Assembly (NCBI GenBank): GCA_963771465.1
Contig: CAVYTU010000017.1
Coordinates: forward strand, 832,001 to 896,000
DNA: 64,000 nt
Source of the DNA: an uncultured delta proteobacterium
GTDB lineage: Bacteria; Desulfobacterota; Binatia; UBA9968
Reading direction: 5' to 3'
Every line of letters begins with the position of its first letter. Positions within the stretch are counted from its first letter, which is position 1. Below are positions 40,733 through 51,338 of this stretch, in pieces. The position numbers and the translations under genes were made by a program. Below the pieces are notes generated by a model, which was not told where the DNA came from, made no database searches, and was given only the letters and a program-made list of their open reading frames with translations.

Positions 40733-41185
40733 TTAAGTTTTACCCAACTGACGTAGACCTTCATAGAGCACGATGGAAACGGCATTGGAGAGATTGAGAC
40801 TGCTAACGCCGCTTCCCGCCATGGGAATGCGGAAGGAGCGGGCGTCGTTGGCCGCCAACACTTGGGCTGGCAAGCCGCGCGTCTCCGGCCCGAAAACCAA
40901 ATAATCGTCATCTTCGTAACGGACCGCAGTGTAGGAGCGTTCAACTTTTTTCGTAAAGTACAGCAAGCGCGCGCCTTTGGCCTCGGACAAAAAATCATCC
41001 CATGACTTGTGCACGTGAAGATCGACGAACTGCCAATAATCGAGACCGGCCCGCTTTAAATGTTTATCGTCGATCTTAAAGCCCAACGGTTCGATCAGAT
41101 GGAGCGGCGTCAGGGTCGCCGCGCACAGACGCGCGACACTACCGGTATTGGGTGGAATTTCGGGTTGGAAAAGCACCACGTGCAT
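40733..41185 (-). CDS. trmL: tRNA (cytidine34-2'-O)-methyltransferase
   Basis: PEIPPNTG, LKRAGLDYW, FGPETRGLP, SLNLSNA. Confidence 0.95.
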   Translation of the reverse strand: MHVVLFQPEIPPNTGSVARLCAATLTPLHLIEPLGFKIDDKHLKRAGLDYWQFVDLHVHKSWDDFLSEAKGARLLYFTKKVERSYTAVRYEDDDYLVFGPETRGLPAQVLAANDARSFRIPMAGSGVSSLNLSNAVSIVLYEGLRQLGKT

Positions 41186-41187
41186 GA

Positions 41188-41625
41188 TCAATATTCCAAC
41201 ACGAAAGTAACCGGCCCGTCATTCACAATCGCGACTCTCATGTGCGCCTGGAACTGGCCGTTGGCGACATTTAAACCGCCGTCGCGCAGTCGTTGAGAAA
41301 AATATAAATATAGCCGTTCGGCTTCGGCCGGTGCTGCGGCGTCGGTGAACGATGGCCGGTTGCCCTTGCGGCAATCGCCGTACAAAGTAAATTGCGAGAC
41401 GACGAGCAACTCGCCGCCGACATCGACCACCGAGCGATTCATTTTGCCCTGTTCGTCTTCGAAGATGCGCAGATGCTTAATCTTGTCGGCGAGGGCGTCG
41501 GCGTTAGCTTCGTTATCGTCCTTGCCGACGCCGAGCAGGATTAACAGCCCGGCGCCGATTTGACCGACACTGCGGTCGCCGACGTCAACGCGGCCTGCCG
41601 CGACTCTTTGCATGACGGCACGCAC
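41188..41625 (-). CDS. dtd: D-aminoacyl-tRNA deacylase
   Basis: MRAVMQRV, SQFTL, NDGPVT. Confidence 0.97.
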   Translation of the reverse strand: MRAVMQRVAAGRVDVGDRSVGQIGAGLLILLGVGKDDNEANADALADKIKHLRIFEDEQGKMNRSVVDVGGELLVVSQFTLYGDCRKGNRPSFTDAAAPAEAERLYLYFSQRLRDGGLNVANGQFQAHMRVAIVNDGPVTFVLEY

Positions 41626-41792
41626 GGTGAAGTCAAAACGCGCAGACGTGGAGGGTTAGTCGGGTGATGATTGGCAACGCATCGCTCATGGTTTCTATGT
41701 CACAGGTAACAAAGAAAGCCGCAGGTGACAAGACGAGCGAAGCTGGTAGAATCGCGGCGGACTCTCAGTGAACGGCGAGTAGATTTATTGTT

Positions 41793-42512
41793 ATGGCTTT
41801 AGCTCACTCGATTCGAGTTGTGCTCGGCGGCTGGTGCGCGATGATACTCATCGGTTGGGCATCGATGGCGTTTGGCGCTGCCGTCGCGGGCCGCATCGTG
41901 ATCGCCGGCGGCATTGCGCCTGCCAAGCCGTTGCCGGTTTTTAAAAACCGCAATTTCTGCGGCCGTCAAGTTGCCAATGAAACGCTGATCATCGGGCGAG
42001 ACGGCGGCGTGAAGAACGCGGTGGTGATCCTGCGCGCGCTCCAGCCCAAGGATCGCCTGATGTCCGGGCTGCCGACGCCAGCCATTCTCGACAATCGGCA
42101 CTGCGCCTTTGCGCCCCATGTCCAAGTGGTGACCGTGGGCAGCGATGTGGTGCTCAAGAACAGCGATCCGATTCTCCATACCGTGCACGCGCGTTTAGGT
42201 GGGGAGACTTTATTCAATGTCGGCTTGCCTAACTGGCGCCAGGTCACTAAGCGGCTCGACCGCCCCGGCGTGGTGCGCATCGATTGCGACGTGCTGCACA
42301 CATGGATGAGCGCGGCGATCGTCGTCAGCGATAGCCCGCATTTTGCCGTGACCGATGAAAATGGCGGGTTCAACGTTGACGGCCTGCCGCTGGGTGAGTA
42401 CGAGTTGGAAGTCTGGCACGAACGTTTGGGCACGCGCCGGCAGCGTGTGCGTGTCGCGGCAAGTGGCGTGATGAGCGTGGAGATAATTTATTCCGCGGAA
42501 AAGATTCGCTAG
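41793..42512 (+). CDS. Exported protein with cupredoxin-like and carboxypeptidase-regulatory-like domains
   Basis: C.F.PHV, NSDPILHTVH, CDVLHTWMSA, GEYELEVWHE. Confidence 0.7.
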   Translation: MALAHSIRVVLGGWCAMILIGWASMAFGAAVAGRIVIAGGIAPAKPLPVFKNRNFCGRQVANETLIIGRDGGVKNAVVILRALQPKDRLMSGLPTPAILDNRHCAFAPHVQVVTVGSDVVLKNSDPILHTVHARLGGETLFNVGLPNWRQVTKRLDRPGVVRIDCDVLHTWMSAAIVVSDSPHFAVTDENGGFNVDGLPLGEYELEVWHERLGTRRQRVRVAASGVMSVEIIYSAEKIR

Positions 42513-42567
42513 TGCTGTAATTGGATGACCGATCTGTTAGTTTTCAATCAGTCCGACTTACGCCCCG

Positions 42568-43353
42568 ATGTATCCGATCGTATTTCAATTCGGCCCTCTG
42601 ACAGTCTATAGCTTTGGCGTGTTCATGGCGTTGGCGGCGCTGACGGCGGCTTGGGTCGTCAGTGCTGAGCTCAAGCGTCATCATTTGAATTCAGAGCTCG
42701 CCTCGAACATCGTCTTTGCCGCCGCCGTCGGTGGGCTCATCGGCGCGCGTCTGCTTTTCATCGTCGAAGAATGGCAAGGATTTCTTGCCGCCCCGTGGCG
42801 CTATATTTTCACTGGCGCCGGATTTACCTGGTACGGCGGTTTTTTCGGCGGCGCAGCGGCTATTACCTGGGTCCTGAGGAAGAATAGGATTCCGTGGCTT
42901 ATCGGCGCCGATATCTGCGCGCCGGCGCTGGCGCTGGCCTACGGCGTCGGGCGCATCGGTTGCCACGTCGCCGGCGACGGCGACTGGGGCGCGGTCACGG
43001 ACGTGCCCTGGGGCGTGGCGTATACCAATGCGATTGTCGGCTGGGCCGATCCCAACACCGGCATTCCGTATGCGCCCGGCGTGCGCGTCCATCCGACGCC
43101 GATCTACGAGTTTCTCCTGGGAGTTTTCGTGTTCGGTATCCTCTGGTCGTTGCGCAAAAAAAAGTTCGCCCCGGGAACGCTGGCGTGGCTCTATCTGATT
43201 CTTGCCGGCCTATCACGCTTCGTCGTCGAGTTCTGGCGCATCAATCCTGCGATCGGCTTCGGCTTTTCCGAAGCGCAATGGTTCAGTTTGATCTTAATGA
43301 TACTTGGTTTGTTTCTGCTCTTGGGCCGGCCGGTGCGAGTGCAGACGCAGTAG
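42568..43353 (+). CDS. lgt: Prolipoprotein diacylglyceryl transferase
   Basis: GARL, WYGG, GRIGC, HPTPIYE, RFVVEFWR. Confidence 0.9.
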   Translation: MYPIVFQFGPLTVYSFGVFMALAALTAAWVVSAELKRHHLNSELASNIVFAAAVGGLIGARLLFIVEEWQGFLAAPWRYIFTGAGFTWYGGFFGGAAAITWVLRKNRIPWLIGADICAPALALAYGVGRIGCHVAGDGDWGAVTDVPWGVAYTNAIVGWADPNTGIPYAPGVRVHPTPIYEFLLGVFVFGILWSLRKKKFAPGTLAWLYLILAGLSRFVVEFWRINPAIGFGFSEAQWFSLILMILGLFLLLGRPVRVQTQ

Positions 43354-43479
43354 GTTTAGTTTTCATCCGCTAGATCGGCGCTCTAGCTCCAATCACATTG
43401 ATTCCTCAACCATCGAGGTGCTACATAAGTAAGGATGAGCATGCAACTTTAGCGCGTGCTTTGTGAATCGGAGGCGAAG

Positions 43480-44649
43480 ATGAACGATTTTAAATTGATT
43501 TCCGCCGATGGCCATATCAACGAGCCGCCGGCGGCTTGGGAGCGAGTTCAGAAGGAATACGGCGAGCGGGCGCCGAAGGTTGTCAAAGACCCGGAAGGAT
43601 TTAAAGGCATCTGGGTGATTACCGATGGCTTGCCGCCGAGTCCGTGCTCCAATTATTCCATCGGTCATGTGGTGAGCAAGCCTGATGGCCTGGGCAGCGT
43701 TGATCCGGACAAACACTACGAGCGCATCCACTTTCACGAAATCTTTCAGTACGAGAGCTATCCGGCCTCGTGGGAGCCAACGGCACGAATCAAAGATCAA
43801 GACAAAGATGGTGTGGCGGCCGAAGTGCTTTTCGCTAGCGTCGGCCGGTTTTTCTACGGCCTCACCGACGGGCCGTTTCAGCGCGCCATATTTCGTTCGT
43901 ACAACGCTTGGCTACATGAATTTTGCGCGGGCGATTCGAAACGTTTGATCGGCGTGCCGCTGATTTCCATCCTCGATCCGGAGAAAGCGGCCGATGACAT
44001 TCGCGAATACGCCAAGCTCGGTTTTAAGGCGGCGCAGATTCCCTACGCGATCAAAGATGGCGGCTATTTCGACGCCGCTTATGAGCCGATCTGGAACGCC
44101 GCCAATGAAACCGGAATCGTGCTGCACATTCATCTCGGCGGTCCAGCCCAGGGTGCCACGCCGCGCTGGTTCGGCTTCAATCGTTTGACTGCCGAAGGAT
44201 CGTCAGATTTTTTCGGCGCCCAGCGCATCGCCACGGCGACCGGATTCATCAGCCATTTGATGTTCGCCGGCGTCTTCGATCGTCACGAAAATCTCAAAGT
44301 CGTTTGCACGGAATATGACGTCGGCTGGGTCGCGATTATGTACGAGCAGGCCAATTATCGCTACGGCCGCGCGACGGCCTACGGGTCGGACGTTAAGCTC
44401 AAGATGTCGCCCGGCGATTACATGCGCAAACACGTTTGGTTTACTTTTCAAGACGACCGCGCCGGCATGCTGACCACGTCCGTGTTCGGCGCAGAGAATT
44501 TCATGTGGGCGAGCGATTACCCGCACGGCAATACCACGTTTCCCTATTCGCAGCAGACGATGGAACGATTGAGCGCGGGCCTCGATCCATCAGTGAAGCG
44601 CAAGGTTGGCCGCGAAAATGCCAATCAGCTGTATCGAATGGGGTTGTAG
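43480..44649 (+). CDS. Amidohydrolase_2 family protein
   Basis: ISADGHINEP, QDKDGVAAEVLF, GVFDRH, WASDYPH. Confidence 0.9.
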   Translation: MNDFKLISADGHINEPPAAWERVQKEYGERAPKVVKDPEGFKGIWVITDGLPPSPCSNYSIGHVVSKPDGLGSVDPDKHYERIHFHEIFQYESYPASWEPTARIKDQDKDGVAAEVLFASVGRFFYGLTDGPFQRAIFRSYNAWLHEFCAGDSKRLIGVPLISILDPEKAADDIREYAKLGFKAAQIPYAIKDGGYFDAAYEPIWNAANETGIVLHIHLGGPAQGATPRWFGFNRLTAEGSSDFFGAQRIATATGFISHLMFAGVFDRHENLKVVCTEYDVGWVAIMYEQANYRYGRATAYGSDVKLKMSPGDYMRKHVWFTFQDDRAGMLTTSVFGAENFMWASDYPHGNTTFPYSQQTMERLSAGLDPSVKRKVGRENANQLYRMGL

Positions 44650-44709
44650 TGGGCGAATTTGGCGACCGCCGTGTGTCTACTCGCGGTGTTGAAGCAAAAA
44701 TCAGGAGAT

Positions 44710-45723
44710 ATGTGCATGAGGTTTAGCTGCGTAAATGTTCGCTTTCATGCTTGCATAGTTTTTGTAGTTGTCGCGCTTTTAATCGGCTTTGACCGGCCTG
44801 ATTCACTCGCCGCGGAAAAATTTATCTGCATTCTCGGTGGCACGGGGACGCGACATGCGATTCCCGTCTTGGCCCAGACATTCGGCCTTTATCCCAAGTA
44901 TGGGCTCGATGCGACCATCGTGCGCATCGGCAGCGGTACAATCGCGACAGCTGCTCTGTTGGGCGGCGAAGGCGATGTCATCAATACTTCTGGACCGGCG
45001 CTGGTGAATGCGCGGCTATCCGGCACGCCGATATTGTATGTTACCAATTTTAACGAATGGAGCGATGCGCATGTTCTCGTTCGTCCCGAAGTGACAAGTA
45101 TCGAACAGCTGCGCAGCGGGCGATTTGCCGTTCCAGGGTTGGGCGGCGGCTACGCGCACATGCTGCGCGCTTTTGTTTTTCCCAAGTTTGGACTGGACAA
45201 GGGACCGAAGCAACCGACGATACTCTCCGCCGGCGATACACCGTCGGCGTTGGCCGGAGTGGTAAACCGCCAATACGATGCGGCGTTGGCGTCCTATGAA
45301 AACTACATGGCCTTTCGAAAACGCGGTCTTAAGGTGTTGGTCCAGCCTGAAGAAATCAACGTGCGTTGGTACACGGGTCTGATCACCGTGGAGAAGAAAG
45401 TCAAAGAGCGGCGCCGGGCGATGATTCAATTCATCAAGGCGCAGATTGAAGCCGTCAGCATCATCAAGCGAGATCCAGTCAAGGCGCGCGCGGCGCTGAA
45501 AAATTATTTTCGCAGCAACGATGACGAGCTAATGGCGGAGTACCAGAATTATCTGGCGGCGAAATTACCGCTTAACACTCGGGTCGAAACGGAAAATATT
45601 AAAACACTGCTATTGACCTCGACTCATCCGGCGGCGGGAAAAGCCAAGCCGGAGGATTTCATCGATAACTCGATGGTGGAAGAGATCGTCCGTGAAGGAT
45701 TCATCAAGCAATTCGAGCAGTGA
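44710..45723 (+). CDS. ABC transporter substrate-binding protein, SsuA/NMT1-like
   Basis: Signal peptide, GLYPKYGLD, KPEDFIDNSMVEEIVREGFI. Confidence 0.85.
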   Translation: MCMRFSCVNVRFHACIVFVVVALLIGFDRPDSLAAEKFICILGGTGTRHAIPVLAQTFGLYPKYGLDATIVRIGSGTIATAALLGGEGDVINTSGPALVNARLSGTPILYVTNFNEWSDAHVLVRPEVTSIEQLRSGRFAVPGLGGGYAHMLRAFVFPKFGLDKGPKQPTILSAGDTPSALAGVVNRQYDAALASYENYMAFRKRGLKVLVQPEEINVRWYTGLITVEKKVKERRRAMIQFIKAQIEAVSIIKRDPVKARAALKNYFRSNDDELMAEYQNYLAAKLPLNTRVETENIKTLLLTSTHPAAGKAKPEDFIDNSMVEEIVREGFIKQFEQ

Positions 45724-45747
45724 GATTGGAACGGAGATTTTACATCG

Positions 45748-47064
45748 ATGATAACCGAAGACATCGCGGATTTTGTCGCGACTTTCGATCTCAAGAGCGC
45801 GCCGGCTGACCTATTACCAAGAGTGCGAGAGACCTTTCTCGATTCCTATGGCGTCATGCTTGCCGGCAGCCGAGAGGAGAGCGCACAGCTGGCGGCCGGC
45901 TGGGTGCGGAGCCAGGGAGCCAAAGGTGACTGCCGCCTTTTTGCCGATGCGGGCTTGCGTACGTCCGCCGCAAACGCCGCGCTGGCCAACGGCGTGGCCG
46001 CGCATACACTTGACTACGATCATTTCGGCCATCAAAGCGCCGTTATGGTGCCTTGTGTTTTGGCCGCCGGGGAAGCCAAGGGTGTCAGCGGGTGGGACTT
46101 GATCGAAGCTTATGTCGTTGGCGTCGAAGTTAGCACACTGTTAGCTAACGGGATGGGTGAAGAGGCAAAATCGATTGGGCTTCATCCGGCCGGATTGTGC
46201 GGTACATTCGGCGCGACTGCCGCGGCGGCGAAAATTTTGCATCTAACGCGGCAACAGATTCAAGTTGCCCTGGGAATCGGCGCATCGATGACTTCCGGGC
46301 TCAGCCAAAACTTCGGTACTATGGTAAAACCGCTTCACCTCGGTAACGCCGCGCGCAACGGCATCATGGCGGCCGAGCTTGCAGCCATCGGCTTTACTGC
46401 CCATGCCAGTATTCTCGACGAGCCCAGTGGATTCTTCGGCGCGCTAAATGCAGCAGATGTGAGTGAAAATCTCGGCAAGAGTTTTCGCTTCTTGGAGCCG
46501 GGCATAGCGTTCAAGGCTTATCCTTGTCCCTATAGTTCACAGCGCGCCGTCGATGCGATCATCAAGATCGCCGAGGGTCAAAATATAATGCCAAGCGACG
46601 TGATGGAGATCACTTGTGCGGCCGCGCCCAAAACGTTTCGCGTCTTGATCCATCATCGCCCAACGACCAGCTTGGAGGCCAAGTTCAGCCTCGAATATCT
46701 ATTGGCTGCCGGGATAGCGTTCAAGACGATCAGTGAAGAGTGTTTTGATCTCAAGCATGTCGGCGATCCAACGATGCGCGGGCTAGTAGAAAAAGTTCGC
46801 TTGGTCGACGCGCCTCTCGAACGCGGCACGCCGGGTGAAGGAGCGGTCACCGTGCAGGTGAAGACTCGCGCGGCGGTTTTCGCAGAAACCGTCAGCTATG
46901 CCCCCGGTCATCCGAAAAATCCTTTGAGTTGGGATAAGCTTGCGGAGAAATTTCGTCAATGCGCTCGTCAGGGTGGTGTCGATGGACCGGCGCTATCGCG
47001 CACGTTGGAAATGCTAACGCGGATTGAGGAAATCGCCGACGTGAGAGAACTCACGAGTTGTTAG
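45748..47064 (+). CDS. MmgE/PrpD family protein
   Basis: NGVAAHTLDYD, GLHP, NFGTMVKPLHLG, KAYPC, EAKFS, GHPKNPL. Confidence 0.9.
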   Translation: MITEDIADFVATFDLKSAPADLLPRVRETFLDSYGVMLAGSREESAQLAAGWVRSQGAKGDCRLFADAGLRTSAANAALANGVAAHTLDYDHFGHQSAVMVPCVLAAGEAKGVSGWDLIEAYVVGVEVSTLLANGMGEEAKSIGLHPAGLCGTFGATAAAAKILHLTRQQIQVALGIGASMTSGLSQNFGTMVKPLHLGNAARNGIMAAELAAIGFTAHASILDEPSGFFGALNAADVSENLGKSFRFLEPGIAFKAYPCPYSSQRAVDAIIKIAEGQNIMPSDVMEITCAAAPKTFRVLIHHRPTTSLEAKFSLEYLLAAGIAFKTISEECFDLKHVGDPTMRGLVEKVRLVDAPLERGTPGEGAVTVQVKTRAAVFAETVSYAPGHPKNPLSWDKLAEKFRQCARQGGVDGPALSRTLEMLTRIEEIADVRELTSC

Positions 47065-47147
47065 CCGTCATTTAGCGCCCCGCCAAGCCGGCTTTCACCG
47101 GCATGACGGGAGCGAAAGCAAACTTCAGCGTGAAAATAAACCGGTGA

Positions 47148-47585
47148 CTAGGTCCGCGCGACGCGCTCGCCGCCGAGATGGCCTTGCCAGTCTTTCAGTT
47201 CGTCGTAGTTGAGCCGTTTGGCTTCGGCGTTGGGATCGCGCGCTGACATGCGGATGATTTTCAGCGGCACGTCGGACGCCGACTCGAACCAATAGTCCGC
47301 GCCGTCAGGCACAAAAAGCCCTTCCATCGCATCGAGCTCAAACACGTCGTCATCGGTTTTGCCGTAGAAGCGGGCGCGTCCTTCGAGCACGAGCCAAGCG
47401 GCGTCCTGTCCCGTGTGTGCGTGGCGATTGGTCTCGCCGCCCGCGAGGACGACTTGCATGCCGACGCCGAGCAGGTCGCTATCTTTTTTACCGACAAGTC
47501 GCTCGGTCTTTTTCGGCAGCCCTTTAAAATCCGGGTTGCTGAACTCACACTTGAACTTCTTGATCTCGCGCTGTGCCTTATCCAT
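47148..47585 (-). CDS. Cupin domain protein
   Basis: GGETNRHAH...WLVLEG.ARF, VP....YWF; GGAGG RBS. Confidence 0.8.
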   Translation of the reverse strand: MDKAQREIKKFKCEFSNPDFKGLPKKTERLVGKKDSDLLGVGMQVVLAGGETNRHAHTGQDAAWLVLEGRARFYGKTDDDVFELDAMEGLFVPDGADYWFESASDVPLKIIRMSARDPNAEAKRLNYDELKDWQGHLGGERVART

Positions 47586-47804
47586 GATTGTTATCTCCTC
47601 CTTTAGCTGGAACGATTTTCGCAATGGACCTCAACTGTTATCTAACCATACGTCCGGCGTCGGACGATTTTCAACAACAATCTTACCTCTTAATCTCATC
47701 CGTATCCGTTTGAAGCCGTGCGTTTTTGACAGCGATGCGTTGTTATGACATGTGTAAGTATGTTTGTTTGCGGACCGCGTAGTGGTCAACTTAGCGGAGG
47801 TGGT

Positions 47805-48848
47805 ATGAGCAGTAACAACCGGTACAATACCGCTCATCTTGTGATTTTATGCTTAGTTTTATTTCTGGGCGGCATTTTTCCAGATGATTCGGCGCGTGCG
47901 CAGGACACCAACACGGCTAAGCTCGTCGAAGGAGCTAAAAAAGAGGGGAAGATGGTTTTTTATTCTTCCCTAAATGTCGAGGACAACAACGGCCTGCTCA
48001 AGCGGTTTGAAGAGAAATATCCCTTTATCAAAACTGAGCTCAACCGGCTGACCGCGGATCGGCTGCTAATTCGCTTTCAATCTGAAGCGAGAGCGAAGAA
48101 ACCGATCGCTGACGTGATCATGAACGGCGGTGCGCGTACTTACATCACCAAGAAAGAGGGCTTGTTGATGAAATACGTATCGCCGGAGAGCAAATTTTAC
48201 GGCACCGGGTTCAAGGACCCCGACGGCTATTGGACCGACGCCTATCTCAACGCTCACGTCCTGGTCTATAACACGCGCATGCTCAAGCCGGCGGAAGTGC
48301 CTTTGACGCATGCCGATTTGTTGAAGCCGCAATGGAGCGGTAAGTTCGTAATGGTGTCTAAAGCCTATGAATGGTTTTTGAAGATTATCAAGCTGCAGGG
48401 CGAAGCCAAAGGTATGGAGTTCTTCAAGCGATTGGCGGCGCAAAAGCCCGGCTTCCGGATCGGCTCGAGCCAGATCGCCGATTTGGTCGCGGCCGGCGAG
48501 CATCCGCTCGGCATCAATACCTACTCGACAAATATAGAGGACTTAAAAGCCAAAGGTGCGCCGGTCGAATGGGTCGGGCTCGATCCCGTTGTGGCGACAC
48601 TTCACCCGATTGCGGTCAGTGCCGCTGCGCCGCATCCGAATGCGGCGAAACTGTTCGTCGATTTCGTGTTGTCGCGCGAGGGTATGCTGTTGTTACGCAG
48701 CTTCAAGAGAATCCCCAGCCGGCTCGATGTCGAGCCGATGGTGGCGCGCCTGACCAAAGGTATCAAGTTTTATCCGAGCGAGCCGGAGCTGGCTGAGGAG
48801 TTCGACAAGTATGCGCGCACGTTTCAAAATATTTTCGAGATCCGATGA
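47805..48848 (+). CDS. ABC transporter substrate-binding protein, Fe3+/thiamine-like family
   Basis: GAKKEGK..FYSS, FEEKYPFIK, APHPNAAKLFVDF. Confidence 0.9.
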   Translation: MSSNNRYNTAHLVILCLVLFLGGIFPDDSARAQDTNTAKLVEGAKKEGKMVFYSSLNVEDNNGLLKRFEEKYPFIKTELNRLTADRLLIRFQSEARAKKPIADVIMNGGARTYITKKEGLLMKYVSPESKFYGTGFKDPDGYWTDAYLNAHVLVYNTRMLKPAEVPLTHADLLKPQWSGKFVMVSKAYEWFLKIIKLQGEAKGMEFFKRLAAQKPGFRIGSSQIADLVAAGEHPLGINTYSTNIEDLKAKGAPVEWVGLDPVVATLHPIAVSAAAPHPNAAKLFVDFVLSREGMLLLRSFKRIPSRLDVEPMVARLTKGIKFYPSEPELAEEFDKYARTFQNIFEIR

Positions 48849-48897
48849 CGGTTGTGTGAAAAGCGTGAGCTGACAAACACGAGGCACGAACAGGAAT

Positions 48898-49929
48898 ATG
48901 TCCGATATCCGCATAGGACTGCATCTTCATCCGCCGCCGCGCCAGAGCTTGGAAGATTTTGTCGACACCGTAAAGCGTGCCGATAAATACGGCTTCGCCC
49001 GTATCGGCACCGGCGATACCCAGTGGCACAACATGGAGTGCTTCATTGCGTTAACGCTGATGGCGCTTAACAGCGAAAGGGTTGAAATCGGGCCACGGGT
49101 GACTAACCCGGTGACGCGGGAGCCTTCCGTGATGGCAAGCGCAATCGTCAGTTTGGATTTGATTTCACGCGGACGCGCCGTGCTGACGATGGGCCGCGGC
49201 GATAGCGCGGTGCATAACATTGGACTCAAACCGGCCAGCGTGGAAGAAACCCGCGACTACATCGTTGCGGTCCGCGAGTTGTTAGAAAATGGCGACACCA
49301 CATATCGCGGCCGCCATAATCACTTCGATTGGCCGCGCCCTGCGCCGCGCCGGCGCATTCCCATCTGCGTCACCGCCGAGGGTCCGAGGATGCTACGCTT
49401 GGCTGGGCAGATTGGCGACCAGGTGTTGATCGGTACGGGTGTGACAGCTGACATCGTCGAAGCGTCGTTACGTGAACTTCACGCCGGCGCCCATGAGGCT
49501 GGAAGAAATCCTGATGAGTTGGAAATCTGGTGGGCGCCGCGGCTGAGTATTGCCGAGACCACCGACAAGGCCGTAAAGAATATCATGGCGAGCATCGCTT
49601 CTTCCGGCAACCATGCGTTGCGCTCCGGCTTTGCTGGCAAGCAAGTGCCGGACCGGCTTAAGGAAAAGATTCGGCGCTTTCACCACGAGTATGATTATGC
49701 TCAGCACGGCGTGAAAACCGGGAAGAATGCTCAGCTCGTGGAACAGCTAGGTTTGACTGAATATTTTCTTGAGCGCTTTGCCGTAGCCGGCGCGCCGGCG
49801 GATATCGTCACGCGAATTCGCGCTTTGTCGCGCTTGGGACTTAAGAATCTCTGGCTGAGCTCGCCGGGCGACGATCCATCGGCGCTCGATTTGATGGGAC
49901 AAGAAGTGCTGGCGCGGCTAAAAAAATGA
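48898..49929 (+). CDS. LLM class oxidoreductase (Mer-like)
   Basis: GPRVTNPVTR.P, GRGDSA, AEGPRMLRLAGQIGD. Confidence 0.9.
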   Translation: MSDIRIGLHLHPPPRQSLEDFVDTVKRADKYGFARIGTGDTQWHNMECFIALTLMALNSERVEIGPRVTNPVTREPSVMASAIVSLDLISRGRAVLTMGRGDSAVHNIGLKPASVEETRDYIVAVRELLENGDTTYRGRHNHFDWPRPAPRRRIPICVTAEGPRMLRLAGQIGDQVLIGTGVTADIVEASLRELHAGAHEAGRNPDELEIWWAPRLSIAETTDKAVKNIMASIASSGNHALRSGFAGKQVPDRLKEKIRRFHHEYDYAQHGVKTGKNAQLVEQLGLTEYFLERFAVAGAPADIVTRIRALSRLGLKNLWLSSPGDDPSALDLMGQEVLARLKK

Positions 49930-49952
49930 ATCGGCACGCACTAGGAGATTAG

Positions 49953-51317
49953 ATGGTTTACGACGCGGAAAAAGGTAATTTTGCCATTGCACTCACGGGC
50001 GATTCGATGTTGACGCGCAAGCTGTCGACCTTCGCCGAGCCGGCCTATTTGAAGCTGGCGCAAACCTTGCGCGGCGCCGATGCCTGTTTCGGTAATCTCG
50101 AAAGCACCGTGCGCGCTTGGGATGAAGGTTCGCCGGCGATCAGCCGGATGGGGCGCGGCACTTTCATGACCACGGATCCTGCGCTGGTGGCGGAAATGAA
50201 ATGGCTCGGGCTCAACTTGCTTTCGTGCGCCAATAACCACGCTTTCGAATACGGCGAAGAAGGCGTGCTGGCGACGCTGCGCCATTTGGATAGCGGCGGA
50301 CTCGTGCATGCCGGCACGGGAAAGAATCTCGCCGAAGCGCGCGCGCCCGGATATCTGGACACCAACAACGGCCGAGTCGCTCTAGTCGCTGCCAATGGCA
50401 CGAGTGGGCGCTCTTGGATCAGCGCGCCGTGGGGCAAGGCGGGAAGCCAACGGCCGGATCATGGCGGACGGCCCGGAGTTAACCCGCTCGGATTTGACAC
50501 CATGTTTGTCGTCGATCCCAAATCATTCGAGGATCTGGAGCGGATCGAACGCGAGCTCGGTTTCGATCCCGAGAAGGAAAGAGACAAGCGCGCCGACTCG
50601 GGAGAAAAGATGATTGACTTCCGCGGCAACCGATTTGTTGCCGGCGAAGGTTTCTCCGTTTGCGCTAGAGCTGACGCCCACGATCTCGAAGAAAATTTAC
50701 GTTGGATCGGCGAGGCGCGCCGGCAAGCTGACTGGCTGGTGGTGAGTCTTCACTGGCACGAGTTCGGCGGCCAGAGTTTGCGCACGGCGAAAAATGTGAC
50801 CGAGTGTGAGGAGGCCGCCGAATTTGTCACCGATTTCGCTCATCGAGCGATCGACGCCGGGGCCGACCTGTTCGTTGGCCACGGCCCGCATGTGCCGCTT
50901 GGCGTCGAAATCTATAAAGCCAAGCCGATCTTCTACAGCCTCGGCAATTTTATTTTTCAAAACGAGACGGTGAAATCTTTTCCCGCCGATGCCTACGAGC
51001 GTTTTGGTCTCGATGAGAGAGCGACGCCGGCCGATTGGTGGGACGCGCGCACCGATCATGGCAAGAAAGGCCATCCGGCCAATCCGCTCTATTGGGAAAA
51101 TTTTGTCGCGGTGTGCGAGTTTGCCAATCGGAAATTTAGCGCGGCGAAACTCTATCCCATCGATCAAGGTCATGGCCGCCCCCGCGGCCAACGTGGACGA
51201 CCGGTATTGGCCGACGGCGCAGTCGCCGAGCGTGTCCTTAACCGCATGCAGCGCCTTTCGCGTCGCTACGGGACGGAAGTTAGATTGCAAGACGGTATCG
51301 GTGTCATTGGGGTTTAG
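49953..51317 (+). CDS. CapA/PGA_cap family metallophosphatase-fold protein
   Basis: TGD, NLE, ANNHAFEYG, SLHWHE, GHGPH, YSLGNF; no signal peptide. Confidence 0.88.
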   Translation: MVYDAEKGNFAIALTGDSMLTRKLSTFAEPAYLKLAQTLRGADACFGNLESTVRAWDEGSPAISRMGRGTFMTTDPALVAEMKWLGLNLLSCANNHAFEYGEEGVLATLRHLDSGGLVHAGTGKNLAEARAPGYLDTNNGRVALVAANGTSGRSWISAPWGKAGSQRPDHGGRPGVNPLGFDTMFVVDPKSFEDLERIERELGFDPEKERDKRADSGEKMIDFRGNRFVAGEGFSVCARADAHDLEENLRWIGEARRQADWLVVSLHWHEFGGQSLRTAKNVTECEEAAEFVTDFAHRAIDAGADLFVGHGPHVPLGVEIYKAKPIFYSLGNFIFQNETVKSFPADAYERFGLDERATPADWWDARTDHGKKGHPANPLYWENFVAVCEFANRKFSAAKLYPIDQGHGRPRGQRGRPVLADGAVAERVLNRMQRLSRRYGTEVRLQDGIGVIGV

Positions 51318-51338
51318 GCGAATCGAAGTCTGGAAGCG

